Sequence record: LR756504.1
Reading direction: 5' to 3' (one strand)
Length of the DNA stretch: 64,000 bases
The position numbers and the translations under genes were made by a program. Below are positions 1 through 9,129 of the stretch, in pieces; the first letter of the stretch is position 1, and the number at the start of each line of letters is the position of its first letter. The notes below the pieces were generated by a model. It did no database searches. It was not told the origin of the DNA and saw nothing but the letters and a program-made list of their open reading frames with translations.

Positions 1-520
1 TAATATTAGAACCATCCACTCTTGAGTAAACCATTTTAAAAACATCTATAGATAAAGAACTGATTATAGACTCATATTTTTTAGCTGTTCCCTTTTTTAA
101 ATAAGCTATTGTAATGTGTGGATTATACGGAAATTGTAATGTATGTTCAAATGTATCTCTACAATCTTTGTTCAATCCTGTTAATGAATCAGAACTAACT
201 TCAAATTTTAATACATCAAATTCTTCATTTTCAAAACAAGAAAGTTTATTAATATTTATTACAAAAGTTTTATAATTACTTATCAATTCTTTTAATATAT
301 CTATATCTACTTTATCATCATGGAAACCATATAAAACACTTACATGTGGTTTAATAACTACACCATACCCATCTTCCTTATAAATATCCTCTGGCAAAAT
401 ATTATCTTGTACATATTTTAATGTAGGTACTATGCTATCTACAATAGCCATTAGACAAGAATATTTATATACCTTCTCTATACCATCACCACATTTACAA
501 TAACCTTTAAACTCTCCCAT
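1..520 (-). CDS. 2H phosphoesterase (LigT / T4 gp57B-Acb1-like), C-terminus runs off the window
   Basis: Not in the ORF track. Manual translation from ATG at 520: MGEFKGYCKC...KPHVSVLYGFH...YNPHITIAYLKKG...KMVYSRVDGS, containing the two HxS/T motifs of 2H phosphoesterases; no stop before position 1. Confidence 0.8.
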   Translation of the reverse strand, partial: MGEFKGYCKCGDGIEKVYKYSCLMAIVDSIVPTLKYVQDNILPEDIYKEDGYGVVIKPHVSVLYGFHDDKVDIDILKELISNYKTFVININKLSCFENEEFDVLKFEVSSDSLTGLNKDCRDTFEHTLQFPYNPHITIAYLKKGTAKKYESIISSLSIDVFKMVYSRVDGSNI

Positions 521-521
521 A

Positions 522-944
522 TTACAAAAGATAATTTTTAACCGCTTGCCAATTAGTAAATTTTTCTTTACCAAAATGTATATGTTCTCCTTCAAAACCA
601 ACATGTATATTATCATCTATAAGATAATTACCTTTTACCATAGATTTATCATAACATAAGATTAAATTCTTACAGAAATCTAAATCAAAATGTTTCTCTA
701 CCCATACTCTTTTTTCTGTATAACATAATGGATTTTTATAAGAAGGTCTTGTTAAAATATAAACTTTATACTTTGTTCTTAACATATTAATCACATCAAT
801 GGCATCTGGTAATGGTTCTAAACCAAGGAAAAATCCCCATTGAGATTGTGGATAAACAATTTCTGGATGTTTTTTTAAACGTAATTTAAAACTACTTGTG
901 AAATCACAAATTGTATCATCTAAATCTATTAATACTGTTTCCAT
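522..944 (-). CDS. 5'(3')-deoxyribonucleotidase (HAD, NT5C family)
   Basis: DLDDT HAD motif I, ILTRP, YLIDD motif IV; typical phage NT5C length. Confidence 0.85.
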   Translation of the reverse strand: METVLIDLDDTICDFTSSFKLRLKKHPEIVYPQSQWGFFLGLEPLPDAIDVINMLRTKYKVYILTRPSYKNPLCYTEKRVWVEKHFDLDFCKNLILCYDKSMVKGNYLIDDNIHVGFEGEHIHFGKEKFTNWQAVKNYLL

Positions 945-1030
945 TATTATTTATATATTTTCTTTAGATTATAGAAAAATAATTTCTCAAAGTTTTAAAA
1001 ATATGAAACAATTTTAATTTTATTTATATA

Positions 1031-1726
1031 ATGTATAAATATTATCAAAAAATGAGAGAACATACCGAAATTATTTGTCTGATTGACCGCTCAGGATCAA
1101 TGACACAGATTAAATCTGATGCTATAGGAGGATTTAATAGCTTTTTAACAGAACAAAAAACATTACCAGGTAGCGCAAGCTTAACATTAGCTCTATTTAG
1201 CAATAGATATGATATTGTGTATAATAATGCACCATTAGATACAATTGAACCTCTTACAGACAAAATATATAAAACGACAGGTACAACAGCTTTATTCTAT
1301 GCTATAGGAAAAACTATAGATAATGTAGGAATTAGACTTGCTAATACTAACGAAGATGAAAGGCCTAATAAAATTCTTTTCATTATTCTTACCGATGGTG
1401 AAGAAAATGCAAGCCATCATCAAGTTAATGAAAAAAATGAGCCTTTTTATACACAAGAAAAAATCAATTATATGATTACTCACCAAAGAGAAAATTATAA
1501 TTGGGAATTTGTCTTTTTAGCAGCTAACCAAGATGCTATGAAGGCTGCTGAAAATATTTCTATTTCAAGAGGTAATACAATGAACTTCTCTTCTACTAGT
1601 GATAGTATTAATACTGCCTATTCGAATGTTAGTAAAATGTCTATGAGATATAGAGCAGCTAGAGTTCAAAGCGTATCAAACGGTAATTTATTCGATGATG
1701 ATGAACAAGATGCTACTACAAAATGA
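1031..1726 (+). CDS. von Willebrand factor A domain protein
   Basis: MIDAS motif DRSGS, TALFYAIG, ILTDGEEN. Confidence 0.85.
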   Translation: MYKYYQKMREHTEIICLIDRSGSMTQIKSDAIGGFNSFLTEQKTLPGSASLTLALFSNRYDIVYNNAPLDTIEPLTDKIYKTTGTTALFYAIGKTIDNVGIRLANTNEDERPNKILFIILTDGEENASHHQVNEKNEPFYTQEKINYMITHQRENYNWEFVFLAANQDAMKAAENISISRGNTMNFSSTSDSINTAYSNVSKMSMRYRAARVQSVSNGNLFDDDEQDATTK

Positions 1727-1730
1727 TATA

Positions 1731-1759
1731 AAAAAAGGGAGTTAAAACTCCCTTTTTTT
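1731..1759. terminator. Bidirectional intrinsic terminator
   Basis: AAAAAAGGGAG-TTAAAA-CTCCCTTTTTTT between convergent genes; near-identical hairpin at 4266-4290. Confidence 0.8.
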
Positions 1760-1775
1760 ATGATTTTTAATAAAT

Positions 1776-2318
1776 TTAATTCAATCTCACTATAAAAAAT
1801 TTAGTATTCGGATATAGTGTTTTATTTTTAACTTGCATTACACCAAATCCTTTACTATCCTGATGTGAAGAGTATAATAAATAACCTGTTTTATCCTCAC
1901 CACATATTACACCACAATGACCATTAATAAACCCCATATCAGTTGACCAGTATTGTACAATATCTCCTATTTTTACATCGGAAGGTGAAACCCATCGAGC
2001 TTTATTACAAGACACCAATGCCCAGCAAACACCACTAACAACAGTTGAATCGCCACGATATAAGAATTTCTTTACTCTTTTTAAATCGTAATTAATGTAA
2101 ATTCGTTCCGAAGTTTTTTCATCAATATTTGAAAAATCAGTTAAAACTTTATCAAGAAACTCAACACAATTAGTCTTCTCGTAAGTTGGTGCTAAACTCT
2201 TTCCATTTTTCTCAACATACTTAAGCAATTCAATATTTTTCAATGGAACATCATTATAAATATTCGAACGATAAATTACCATTGATGATATCAAAGATGC
2301 TATTAGCAATACCTTCAT
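1776..2318 (-). CDS. Papain-fold Cys/His enzyme (NlpC/P60 / CHAP-like), signal-peptide-like N-terminus
   Basis: NCVEFL...GDIVQYW...GHCGVI...YLLYSSH pattern; hydrophobic N-terminus MKVLLIASLISSMVIY. Confidence 0.5.
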   Translation of the reverse strand: MKVLLIASLISSMVIYRSNIYNDVPLKNIELLKYVEKNGKSLAPTYEKTNCVEFLDKVLTDFSNIDEKTSERIYINYDLKRVKKFLYRGDSTVVSGVCWALVSCNKARWVSPSDVKIGDIVQYWSTDMGFINGHCGVICGEDKTGYLLYSSHQDSKGFGVMQVKNKTLYPNTKFFIVRLN

Positions 2319-2379
2319 AATTATAATTTTTGAAATATAAATACAAATATATAAAGAAAATATATCACATCCAAATAAA

Positions 2380-3225
2380 ATGAATAAATTGTCTAAAATT
2401 TTATCTTTTAACGACTTTTTGAATGAAGATAATTTATCAAATACTGCGAATACAGCTATCGAAATTAATAAAAATGGCTTTGCTTTTACCCAAAAAATGA
2501 AAAAAATAGATGATACAAAACCAGAATGGAAACATATGCCTTGTTATCAATATGTCTATAATTTTATAAAAGAATATATACCAAACTTAAATCCACTTAT
2601 AGTAAATGACTTTAAAATGGCTTATAAAAAGGACATTAATAAACTTTTAAGTACCGAATCCTATAAATTGGCAAAAGATGCTCTTCAAGTACCAACAATG
2701 CCAGAAACTATGAGAGGTTTAGAATATGTAAATAATAAATATAAATTAGGTACAATAGTCCCCGTGGAACAAGCTAAAGTTGGGGATGCTATCAATTTTT
2801 GGGTATTTGAATTTATAGAATTTAATAGAAACTCAAAAGATGGAGAAATGGGCACACCATCATACTCTGATACTAAGACTAAATTAGCTCAATATATAAA
2901 AGCTAATAATATAGATATTAATAAACTTCCAGAATGGCTAATTGAAGGGATACTTCTTAAATATGGTCATTATGGTATAATTTCAGCAATAGACGATAAA
3001 TATTTATATCTTTCTTCATCTGGTGAGAAAAGAGGTTGTAATGGTATATGGAATGGTGTACCTAAAGAAGAATGTTCTGAAAATTTTACAAAAGTACTTA
3101 AATCGGATTTACATAAATTTCAAAATCTATCATATGATAAAATGTTATTCCAAAGTACTGATACATTGAGTAATAATAAAACTCAATTAGTTATGCGTAG
3201 CTACATTTTGAATTTTATAAAGTAA
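2380..3225 (+). CDS. Papain-fold Cys/His enzyme (NlpC/P60 / CHAP-like) with capsid-targeting-like N-terminus
   Basis: PCYQYV...GDAINFW...GHYGII...YLYLSSS, the same motif order as 1776..2318; begins ILSFNDFLNE. Confidence 0.45.
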   Translation: MNKLSKILSFNDFLNEDNLSNTANTAIEINKNGFAFTQKMKKIDDTKPEWKHMPCYQYVYNFIKEYIPNLNPLIVNDFKMAYKKDINKLLSTESYKLAKDALQVPTMPETMRGLEYVNNKYKLGTIVPVEQAKVGDAINFWVFEFIEFNRNSKDGEMGTPSYSDTKTKLAQYIKANNIDINKLPEWLIEGILLKYGHYGIISAIDDKYLYLSSSGEKRGCNGIWNGVPKEECSENFTKVLKSDLHKFQNLSYDKMLFQSTDTLSNNKTQLVMRSYILNFIK

Positions 3226-3226
3226 A

Positions 3227-3454
3227 TTATATTTTAACTTCTAAAAATTTAAAATAATATTCGAGAGATTTCACTTTAACTTTCTCTAATTCATCAAGTT
3301 TAAGATTTAATTTAACTCTCAAATCACCATTTAACATTTCAGCATACCACACATTTGAATGCTTATGCCAATACAAATGTATTAGAAGTTTATTAATCTC
3401 CATTAAAAAATATGTATTAGTATCACCTTCTAATTTAGATTTAATCCACTCCAT
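3227..3454 (-). CDS. Hypothetical protein
   Basis: 75-aa ORF filling the gap between genes. Confidence 0.6.
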   Translation of the reverse strand: MEWIKSKLEGDTNTYFLMEINKLLIHLYWHKHSNVWYAEMLNGDLRVKLNLKLDELEKVKVKSLEYYFKFLEVKI

Positions 3455-3520
3455 TTTCGTATAATTTTAACTATTATAACGTAAATATTCTATAAATGTT
3501 ATATAATATTTTTATAATTA

Positions 3521-3552
3521 CTTGGTTTTCAATTAAAAATATAATATCTTTG
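3521..3552 (+). promoter_or_regulatory. Bacteroidota sigma-A-type promoter (near consensus)
   Basis: CTTG-N20-TATCTTTG immediately upstream of the ATG at 3557. Confidence 0.55.
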
Positions 3553-3556
3553 TATT

Positions 3557-4267
3557 ATGAAATTTCAACTATTCGGATCTATAACTAGTCAAGATTATGA
3601 TATAATGGTATTTGTTGATACAATACCAATTGTCAAAGAAGCATCAATTCTTTGTGATACGTATGGTAATGAAATTGCTATAATTTTAAAAGATGCTGGA
3701 CTTCCTGATAAAAAAATTAACGTAAACATTGCAATTTTAAATAGCGGTGTTATTACAGACGTTCACAAAGGAACAGCCGATGAAGTAAACAACTCAATGT
3801 TTCTGACTTATAAAAATCATCCACAATTTCTACCAAACCAAATTGTTAGAATGGTTGATCGTGATGTTGATTTGAAAATTATTCGTTCTGCAAGAATTAT
3901 TCTTTCATTTATTTCTCGTACTCAATATAGAGAAATTGTAAAAAAAGCCCTTCAAGGCAATTTTATTGATAAATTAGAAGCATTGGAACAAATAGATTTC
4001 ACAAAAATTACGGACTTAGGAACAAAAAACACAGAAAAACAAGACGTGTATAAAACTATCGGCTTTCAACTTGGGCAAGCATTAGGTTTGTTTATTGGTA
4101 GCGAGTTATATTCAAAAGAAAGTATCTGTCAGATATACACAGAATTGAAACCTTTTATAATGAGAGAAGAAGTATTGGATATGTCAATTATAAACAAATA
4201 TAAAACTTTGTTTATTTCTCAAAGTAGAAGCAAAGATATAAAAATATTAATTGAGCCAAAAAGATAA
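3557..4267 (+). CDS. DNA polymerase beta-superfamily nucleotidyltransferase-like protein
   Basis: N-terminal FGS-x4-DYDI motif (GS...DxD). Confidence 0.6.
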   Translation: MKFQLFGSITSQDYDIMVFVDTIPIVKEASILCDTYGNEIAIILKDAGLPDKKINVNIAILNSGVITDVHKGTADEVNNSMFLTYKNHPQFLPNQIVRMVDRDVDLKIIRSARIILSFISRTQYREIVKKALQGNFIDKLEALEQIDFTKITDLGTKNTEKQDVYKTIGFQLGQALGLFIGSELYSKESICQIYTELKPFIMREEVLDMSIINKYKTLFISQSRSKDIKILIEPKR

Positions 4268-4290
4268 AGGGAGTTAAAAACTCCCTTTTT
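4266..4290. terminator. Bidirectional intrinsic terminator
   Basis: AAAGGGAG-TTAAAAA-CTCCCTTTTT between convergent genes. Confidence 0.75.
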
Positions 4291-4468
4291 CACCAATATC
4301 ATATAATTCTAAATGCGGATACTTCTTTTTGAAATATGAATCAACATCATTAACATTTTTTACATATACTTTTATACGTCCTTCATTATTATGTTTATCA
4401 ACATAATAAACCTCGAAACATTGTTTCTTGACAAATAAATTACTTAATATATCTAAAATCTTGCTCAT
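4274..4468 (-). CDS. Hypothetical protein
   Basis: 64-aa ORF overlapping the end of the M42 gene. Confidence 0.5.
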   Translation of the reverse strand: MSKILDILSNLFVKKQCFEVYYVDKHNNEGRIKVYVKNVNDVDSYFKKKYPHLELYDIGEKGSF

Positions 4469-5537
4469 CCTGTATATTTAAAATGGATTTGTAAATAAGA
4501 TTAATCACTGCATGAATATCATCCTTATGAACAGTTTCAACTGTAGTATGCATATACTTCAATGGAAGCGATATAAGGGCTGATGGAACACCTTCACCTG
4601 AGTATGCAAATGAATCTGTATCCGTACCTGTAGCACGTTCTCCAACGGCTCTTTGGAAAGGAATTTCATTAGCTCTCGCAGTATCAATAATAAGTTTTCT
4701 CAAATTGTTCTGAACAGCAGGTGCGTATTTCAAAACTGGACCCAATCCACACGCTAAATCACCACTAGCAATTTTATTATACATCGGTGATTGTGTATCA
4801 TGTGTAACATCAGTAACGATAGCAACATTAGGCTTAATGGCTCTTGAAATCATTTCAGCACCACGCAAACCAACTTCTTCCTGAACAGAATTTACAATAT
4901 AAAGTCCAAATGGAAGTTTATTTCCTGACTCATGCAACATTCTCGCAACCTCAGCAATCATGAAACCACCAATTCTGTTATCCAAAGCTCTACCTGTAAG
5001 GAACTTATCATTAAGAATTTGCATGTATTCATCGAATACTACAACCGCACCAATATGGATACCCATTTCTTCTGCTTCTTTTTTAGATGAAGCACCAATA
5101 TCAATAGTAAGGTTTTCAATCTTAGGTGGTTTATCATCACCTGTTCTTACGTGAACTGCTGGCCAGCCAAAAAATCCATCTACAACATCACCCTCTTCAG
5201 TGAAAATTTTCACTCTCTTAGATGGTGCAATAGTACAATCAGAACCACCATTCTTTTTAACGTAAAGATAACCTTTCTCGCTAATGTAACTAACTCTCCA
5301 TGAAATTTCATCAGCATGAGCCTCAATAACTACCTTATAAGGCGCATCAGGATTAATAATACCTACAGCAGTACCATAAGCATCAGTTTTAAATTCATTA
5401 ACGTATGGCTTTAAATAATCCATCCAAATTTGTTGACCACTCGATTCATACCCAACAGGCGAGAAGTTGTTTAAATACTGTTTCAAAAAATCAAAGCTTT
5501 CCTGCCTTAATCCCAACGTGCTTTTTGCTTTATCCAT
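4440..5537 (-). CDS. M42 family metalloaminopeptidase, Bacteroidota-like
   Basis: AHADEI, RALDNR, VQEEVGLRGA, VTDVTH, GTDTD, KYMHT motifs. Confidence 0.92.
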   Translation of the reverse strand: MDKAKSTLGLRQESFDFLKQYLNNFSPVGYESSGQQIWMDYLKPYVNEFKTDAYGTAVGIINPDAPYKVVIEAHADEISWRVSYISEKGYLYVKKNGGSDCTIAPSKRVKIFTEEGDVVDGFFGWPAVHVRTGDDKPPKIENLTIDIGASSKKEAEEMGIHIGAVVVFDEYMQILNDKFLTGRALDNRIGGFMIAEVARMLHESGNKLPFGLYIVNSVQEEVGLRGAEMISRAIKPNVAIVTDVTHDTQSPMYNKIASGDLACGLGPVLKYAPAVQNNLRKLIIDTARANEIPFQRAVGERATGTDTDSFAYSGEGVPSALISLPLKYMHTTVETVHKDDIHAVINLIYKSILNIQDEQDFRYIK

Positions 5538-5631
5538 TTTTTATAAAATTAATTAATACAATATAATAAAATCAAATATAACATAAATTCTTTAAAAATA
5601 AAAATTATATATAGATAAAATAAGCAATATT

Positions 5632-6030
5632 ATGTCTTTTATTAAAAAGTTTAATGATTTTCTAAATGAAAGTAAAAAATCAAATAAAATAATACATGCA
5701 GATGGATATAATTATTTAGTTAATTTTAATGAAAAAGTTAAAGCGGGTGATTATGCTTATTTACCAGCATCTTCCAATAGTTCTATTAACGGTATATATT
5801 ATCCGCTTATAATTAAAATAACTACGGATAAAACATATCCAACAGCAAATTTAAATGGTGATATGGATTCTTATAATAATGTATTTAATGTAGAAGTTGT
5901 GAATAAATCTGAAGTTGGTCCAAATTATCACGATAACGAAGTTCATTTACCAAAATCTTATCATTTATCACACTTCAAAGGAAAAATAATTGCATCAAAT
6001 AATCCAAATTTAGGATTACCACCACTGTAA
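5632..6030 (+). CDS. Hypothetical protein with capsid-targeting-like N-terminus
   Basis: Starts MSFIKKFNDFLNES. Confidence 0.65.
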   Translation: MSFIKKFNDFLNESKKSNKIIHADGYNYLVNFNEKVKAGDYAYLPASSNSSINGIYYPLIIKITTDKTYPTANLNGDMDSYNNVFNVEVVNKSEVGPNYHDNEVHLPKSYHLSHFKGKIIASNNPNLGLPPL

Positions 6031-6056
6031 TTTTTAAAGAAATTAAATATAATTAG

Positions 6057-6455
6057 ATGAAATATATTAAACATTATGAAAATTTTAATTTACATAAGAA
6101 TAATATTTATGTAATACGACATATCATAGATGATTTTAATATTCATTATGATATAATGTCAAATGATATTAATATAGGTAAAATAAAATTAGAAAAAGAA
6201 AATAGCCGTTATATTATTAAAGATTCAGAGATAATAGAAAAATTGAGAGGTAAAGGTTTATATAAATTAGCTATCTTTTGCATAGTTAGAGATTTAAATG
6301 GTCAAAAAATATGGTCAGTTAATAAAAATAGATATGCTAAAAAAGCTTGGGAAAATATATTTAATAACTTACCTAATGATATTGAAGGTGGTATAGAAGA
6401 TGGCGAATTTCAATATTATGGATTTAAAATACATTGGTTAAAAACAATAATTTAA
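6057..6455 (+). CDS. GNAT-like acetyltransferase with capsid-targeting-like N-terminus
   Basis: LRGKGLYK acetyl-CoA-binding-like motif, AKKAW; starts MKYIKHYENF. Confidence 0.5.
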   Translation: MKYIKHYENFNLHKNNIYVIRHIIDDFNIHYDIMSNDINIGKIKLEKENSRYIIKDSEIIEKLRGKGLYKLAIFCIVRDLNGQKIWSVNKNRYAKKAWENIFNNLPNDIEGGIEDGEFQYYGFKIHWLKTII

Positions 6456-6646
6456 TTTATTTCTTCTGTTAATTCTTCTATTATCAATTTTCTTTTTAAA
6501 CCAACTGATAAATTATTTTTACTAATAGATTTTATCCTTATAGAACCACTAATTTTAATATTGCAAATACTCTGTCCATTTGACTCATAATAGCGTTTTA
6601 AAAAATCGTATGTCTTACTTCCAAATCCTAAAGTGTTTTTATCCAT
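6452..6646 (-). CDS. Hypothetical protein
   Basis: 64-aa ORF. Confidence 0.45.
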   Translation of the reverse strand: MDKNTLGFGSKTYDFLKRYYESNGQSICNIKISGSIRIKSISKNNLSVGLKRKLIIEELTEEIN

Positions 6647-6710
6647 TTTGTAGTCTTTTTAAATGTTTTTTTAAATTGAACTACAATAGTAAAAATGAGA
6701 GAATGTCAAA

Positions 6711-7373
6711 TTACATACCCTTTAATATTTTCATCATAATATCATTATCTTTCTTTGCTTTCTCTTTATATGCAGTTTCACCTAAATCTATCATTTTATC
6801 TAAAGTCCTTTGTTCGTAAGGTTCTGTGTATCTATTTAATAATTTATTAATTTCTATTTTATTTTTAATCCAATCAATTTGTTGCTCCCATGTAAATTCT
6901 TTATTATGTATCGCCATTCTATGATATTTCCTACCTTTAATACCAATTTCTTTTATAAATTCACACCATTTATCTAAATAATTATATGATTTTATTGTTT
7001 GTACAATTTTAGCAATAAAATTATCATCAAGTTTAAAATCTGATTCTTCAATTTTATCTGAATATTGTAATATACCATCTTCCACCCAAATAACAGAAGA
7101 ATCCCACGATTTACCATATAGATTATCTTCATGTTGATTAAATATAATCCAAAATGCTAAATTACCATCATATTCATTAACATCATAATAATTAAGATAA
7201 AAATCTCCATATTGACATGTTCCAATTTTTAATGGCTCTTTTAAGAAAAAATGATATGTTTGTTCAAATCCGCATTTTTTAACTACTTCTTTTAAAAAAA
7301 ATATATTTTTATCAGTATTATCTATACGAAGACTTTCATTAATAAAATCTATAAATTTTTTAATATTTTTCAT
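6711..7373 (-). CDS. Hypothetical protein with capsid-targeting-like N-terminus
   Basis: Starts MKNIKKFIDFINES. Confidence 0.65.
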   Translation of the reverse strand: MKNIKKFIDFINESLRIDNTDKNIFFLKEVVKKCGFEQTYHFFLKEPLKIGTCQYGDFYLNYYDVNEYDGNLAFWIIFNQHEDNLYGKSWDSSVIWVEDGILQYSDKIEESDFKLDDNFIAKIVQTIKSYNYLDKWCEFIKEIGIKGRKYHRMAIHNKEFTWEQQIDWIKNKIEINKLLNRYTEPYEQRTLDKMIDLGETAYKEKAKKDNDIMMKILKGM

Positions 7374-7399
7374 TTATCTATTATTATTTTATGTATATA

Positions 7400-8581
7400 T
7401 TAAACCTTATCAATAGAAAACATTCCTAATTTCTTCAAACCTAATTCTAAATCCTCCATTAATGGTTTATACATCTCTTGGTTCTCAGGATTATCCTTGA
7501 TATGAAATTTCAAATACATCTGATTAATAGTTTTACACGAATCAATCAATTCATCAAAAAATATAGCAGGTGAAAAATTATCTTTCGCTTTTAAAAATTT
7601 AAACTTCATATGGAAACTATTAAAATCATCTTTCAATTCCACTTTCATACCAGCACTTTTTAATTTAGCTAAAGTATAACTAACATATAAACCATAACTT
7701 GTTTTCACATTAGCAAATTGATCTAAATCAATCTTCTTATCCGAACCAGGTGCATACTTCAAAAATTGACCAGCAATAACATTATAAACTAATTCTAAGT
7801 TATTAAATTCTTTCATAAGCATATCAATAACATCTTGCATCCATATAACATTACCAAGACTTGAACTCATTTTACCAAATGAATCTTTACTTTTAGCAAG
7901 TACTAATCCCAAACCGATATGCTTTATGTCAGGAAATATTTCTTTAAGTATAGAAAAGTGTGGTGCTTGTTCTAATCCTGTAATGTAAATAGTCGGAGCA
8001 TTTAATTTAGATGCTAATGCAACATCTTGATAAAAATATGTTGTAGCACCTGTTGATTTAATTCCAACTATTTTATTCTCACCTACATTAAATATTTTAG
8101 TTCCAATATAATCACCTTCACCATCATGTAATAATTCTTTATTATCTAACTCTTGATTTGATGCATAATAAATATCACCTACATTATAATTAAATTCTTT
8201 ACAATATGATAAATATTTATCGAATGCATCTTGCTTCTCCACTTTACCATCTAACGTATCACCAAGTATAGCGATAGTTTGTTCAGCATACCCAAAGTTT
8301 TGAATAGCTTTAGCTATAACAAGATTCGAGAGATGTCCAATATGGCAATATTTATTTAAATTTGGGCTGTAGCCATCTAAATATTTAAAATACGGAGTGG
8401 AAATAAAAAAATCTTCTAAATTAGAAGGTAGGCAAATATTTGTAAAACCTTTGCTTTCTTCGGTTTTAAATCCCCAAAAATTTATCCACTCCTGTATTTC
8501 ATGTTTTGGTTTTCCGTAAACACATAATCCGCTTCCGAACTGTTTAGGAATTATATTAATATCATTTATGCTAATTTTCAT
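7400..8581 (-). CDS. argS: Arginyl-tRNA synthetase-like protein (shortened, 393 aa)
   Basis: SPNLNKYCHIGHLSN (class I HIGH), KSTGATTYFYQDVA, GKMSSS (KMSKS-like), DALR-like C-terminal helical region; last gene of a tRNA unit containing tRNA-Arg. Confidence 0.8.
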   Translation of the reverse strand: MKISINDINIIPKQFGSGLCVYGKPKHEIQEWINFWGFKTEESKGFTNICLPSNLEDFFISTPYFKYLDGYSPNLNKYCHIGHLSNLVIAKAIQNFGYAEQTIAILGDTLDGKVEKQDAFDKYLSYCKEFNYNVGDIYYASNQELDNKELLHDGEGDYIGTKIFNVGENKIVGIKSTGATTYFYQDVALASKLNAPTIYITGLEQAPHFSILKEIFPDIKHIGLGLVLAKSKDSFGKMSSSLGNVIWMQDVIDMLMKEFNNLELVYNVIAGQFLKYAPGSDKKIDLDQFANVKTSYGLYVSYTLAKLKSAGMKVELKDDFNSFHMKFKFLKAKDNFSPAIFFDELIDSCKTINQMYLKFHIKDNPENQEMYKPLMEDLELGLKKLGMFSIDKV

Positions 8582-8596
8582 AATCTATTTCTTCTG

Positions 8597-8670
8597 TAGC
8601 AATAATTGGACTTGAACCAATAATCTCTGCCTTATGAGAGCAGCGTGTTAGCCAATTACACTATATTGCT
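8597..8670 (-). tRNA. tRNA with CAT anticodon (elongator Met or Ile2)
   Basis: Cloverleaf AGCAATA/TATTGCT, anticodon arm CTGCT-CTCATAA-GGCAG, T loop TTCAAGT; no initiator features; CCA not encoded. Confidence 0.88.
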
Positions 8671-8675
8671 ATTAG

Positions 8676-8747
8676 TAGTCTCGGTGTGAATTGAACACAC
8701 GACATCTTCCTTATCAGAGAAGCATTCTACCACTGAATTACGAGACT
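8676..8747 (-). tRNA. tRNA-Ile(GAT)
   Basis: AGTCTCG/CGAGACT acceptor, CTTCT-CTGATAA-GGAAG anticodon arm, GTGTG-TTCAATT-CACAC T arm. Confidence 0.9.
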
Positions 8748-8922
8748 ATTTATTTTTACTATTTCTTATTTCCAATCCATTCTTTTTTAATTCTTCAATT
8801 ACATAATACCAATCAACATTAATCGGTGGAGCATAATCATCATCATTAAAATAATGTTCTTCTATTACTATCTCTAAATGTGTAAATATTCTTTTTAATC
8901 TTTCCACTATATTTTTTTTCAT
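8746..8922 (-). CDS. Small hypothetical protein (58 aa) inside the tRNA unit
   Basis: Manual translation MKKNIVERLKRIFTHLEIV...NSKNK; exactly fills the gap between tRNA-Arg and tRNA-Ile. Confidence 0.55.
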   Translation of the reverse strand: MKKNIVERLKRIFTHLEIVIEEHYFNDDDYAPPINVDWYYVIEELKKNGLEIRNSKNK

Positions 8923-8930
8923 TACTCATG

Positions 8931-9003
8931 TACCCAATCCAAGATTCAAACTTGGACTAATCACTTAGAAGGAGATTGTGCTATTCAATTACACCAATCG
9001 GGC
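8931..9003 (-). tRNA. tRNA-Arg(TCT)
   Basis: GCCCGAT/ATTGGGT acceptor, anticodon loop CTTCTAA, CCAAG-TTTGAAT-CTTGG T arm. Confidence 0.88.
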
Positions 9004-9007
9004 ATAT

Positions 9008-9040
9008 AAACAAAAAACCCAAGCTTTATTTGCTTGGGTT
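9008..9040 (-). terminator. Attenuator terminator hairpin (Arg/Ile/Met unit)
   Basis: AACCCAAGC-AAATAAA-GCTTGGGTT followed by TTTTGTTT, ending a few nt before tRNA-Arg(TCT). Confidence 0.85.
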
Positions 9041-9069
9041 CGAATTTCTTTTTAAAAGACAATATTCTA

Positions 9070-9129
9070 TCACCCAAGCATTTTTGGTCTAATAATTCTC
9101 ATTCTAATAATCATTGCTATAGTTTTCAT
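9070..9129 (-). CDS. Leader peptide MKTIAMIIRMRIIRPKMLG (attenuator, Arg/Ile/Met)
   Basis: 19-codon ORF with nine consecutive Met/Ile/Arg codons; its 3' end (TGCTTGGGT) is complementary to the terminator 5' arm. Confidence 0.8.
   Translation of the reverse strand: MKTIAMIIRMRIIRPKMLG

Noticed and set aside
1731-4290. Repeated GGGAGTTAAAA(A)CTCCC hairpin as a mobile or regulatory repeat
   Set aside because: Both copies sit between convergent genes with flanking A/T tracts, so they are ordinary bidirectional terminators.
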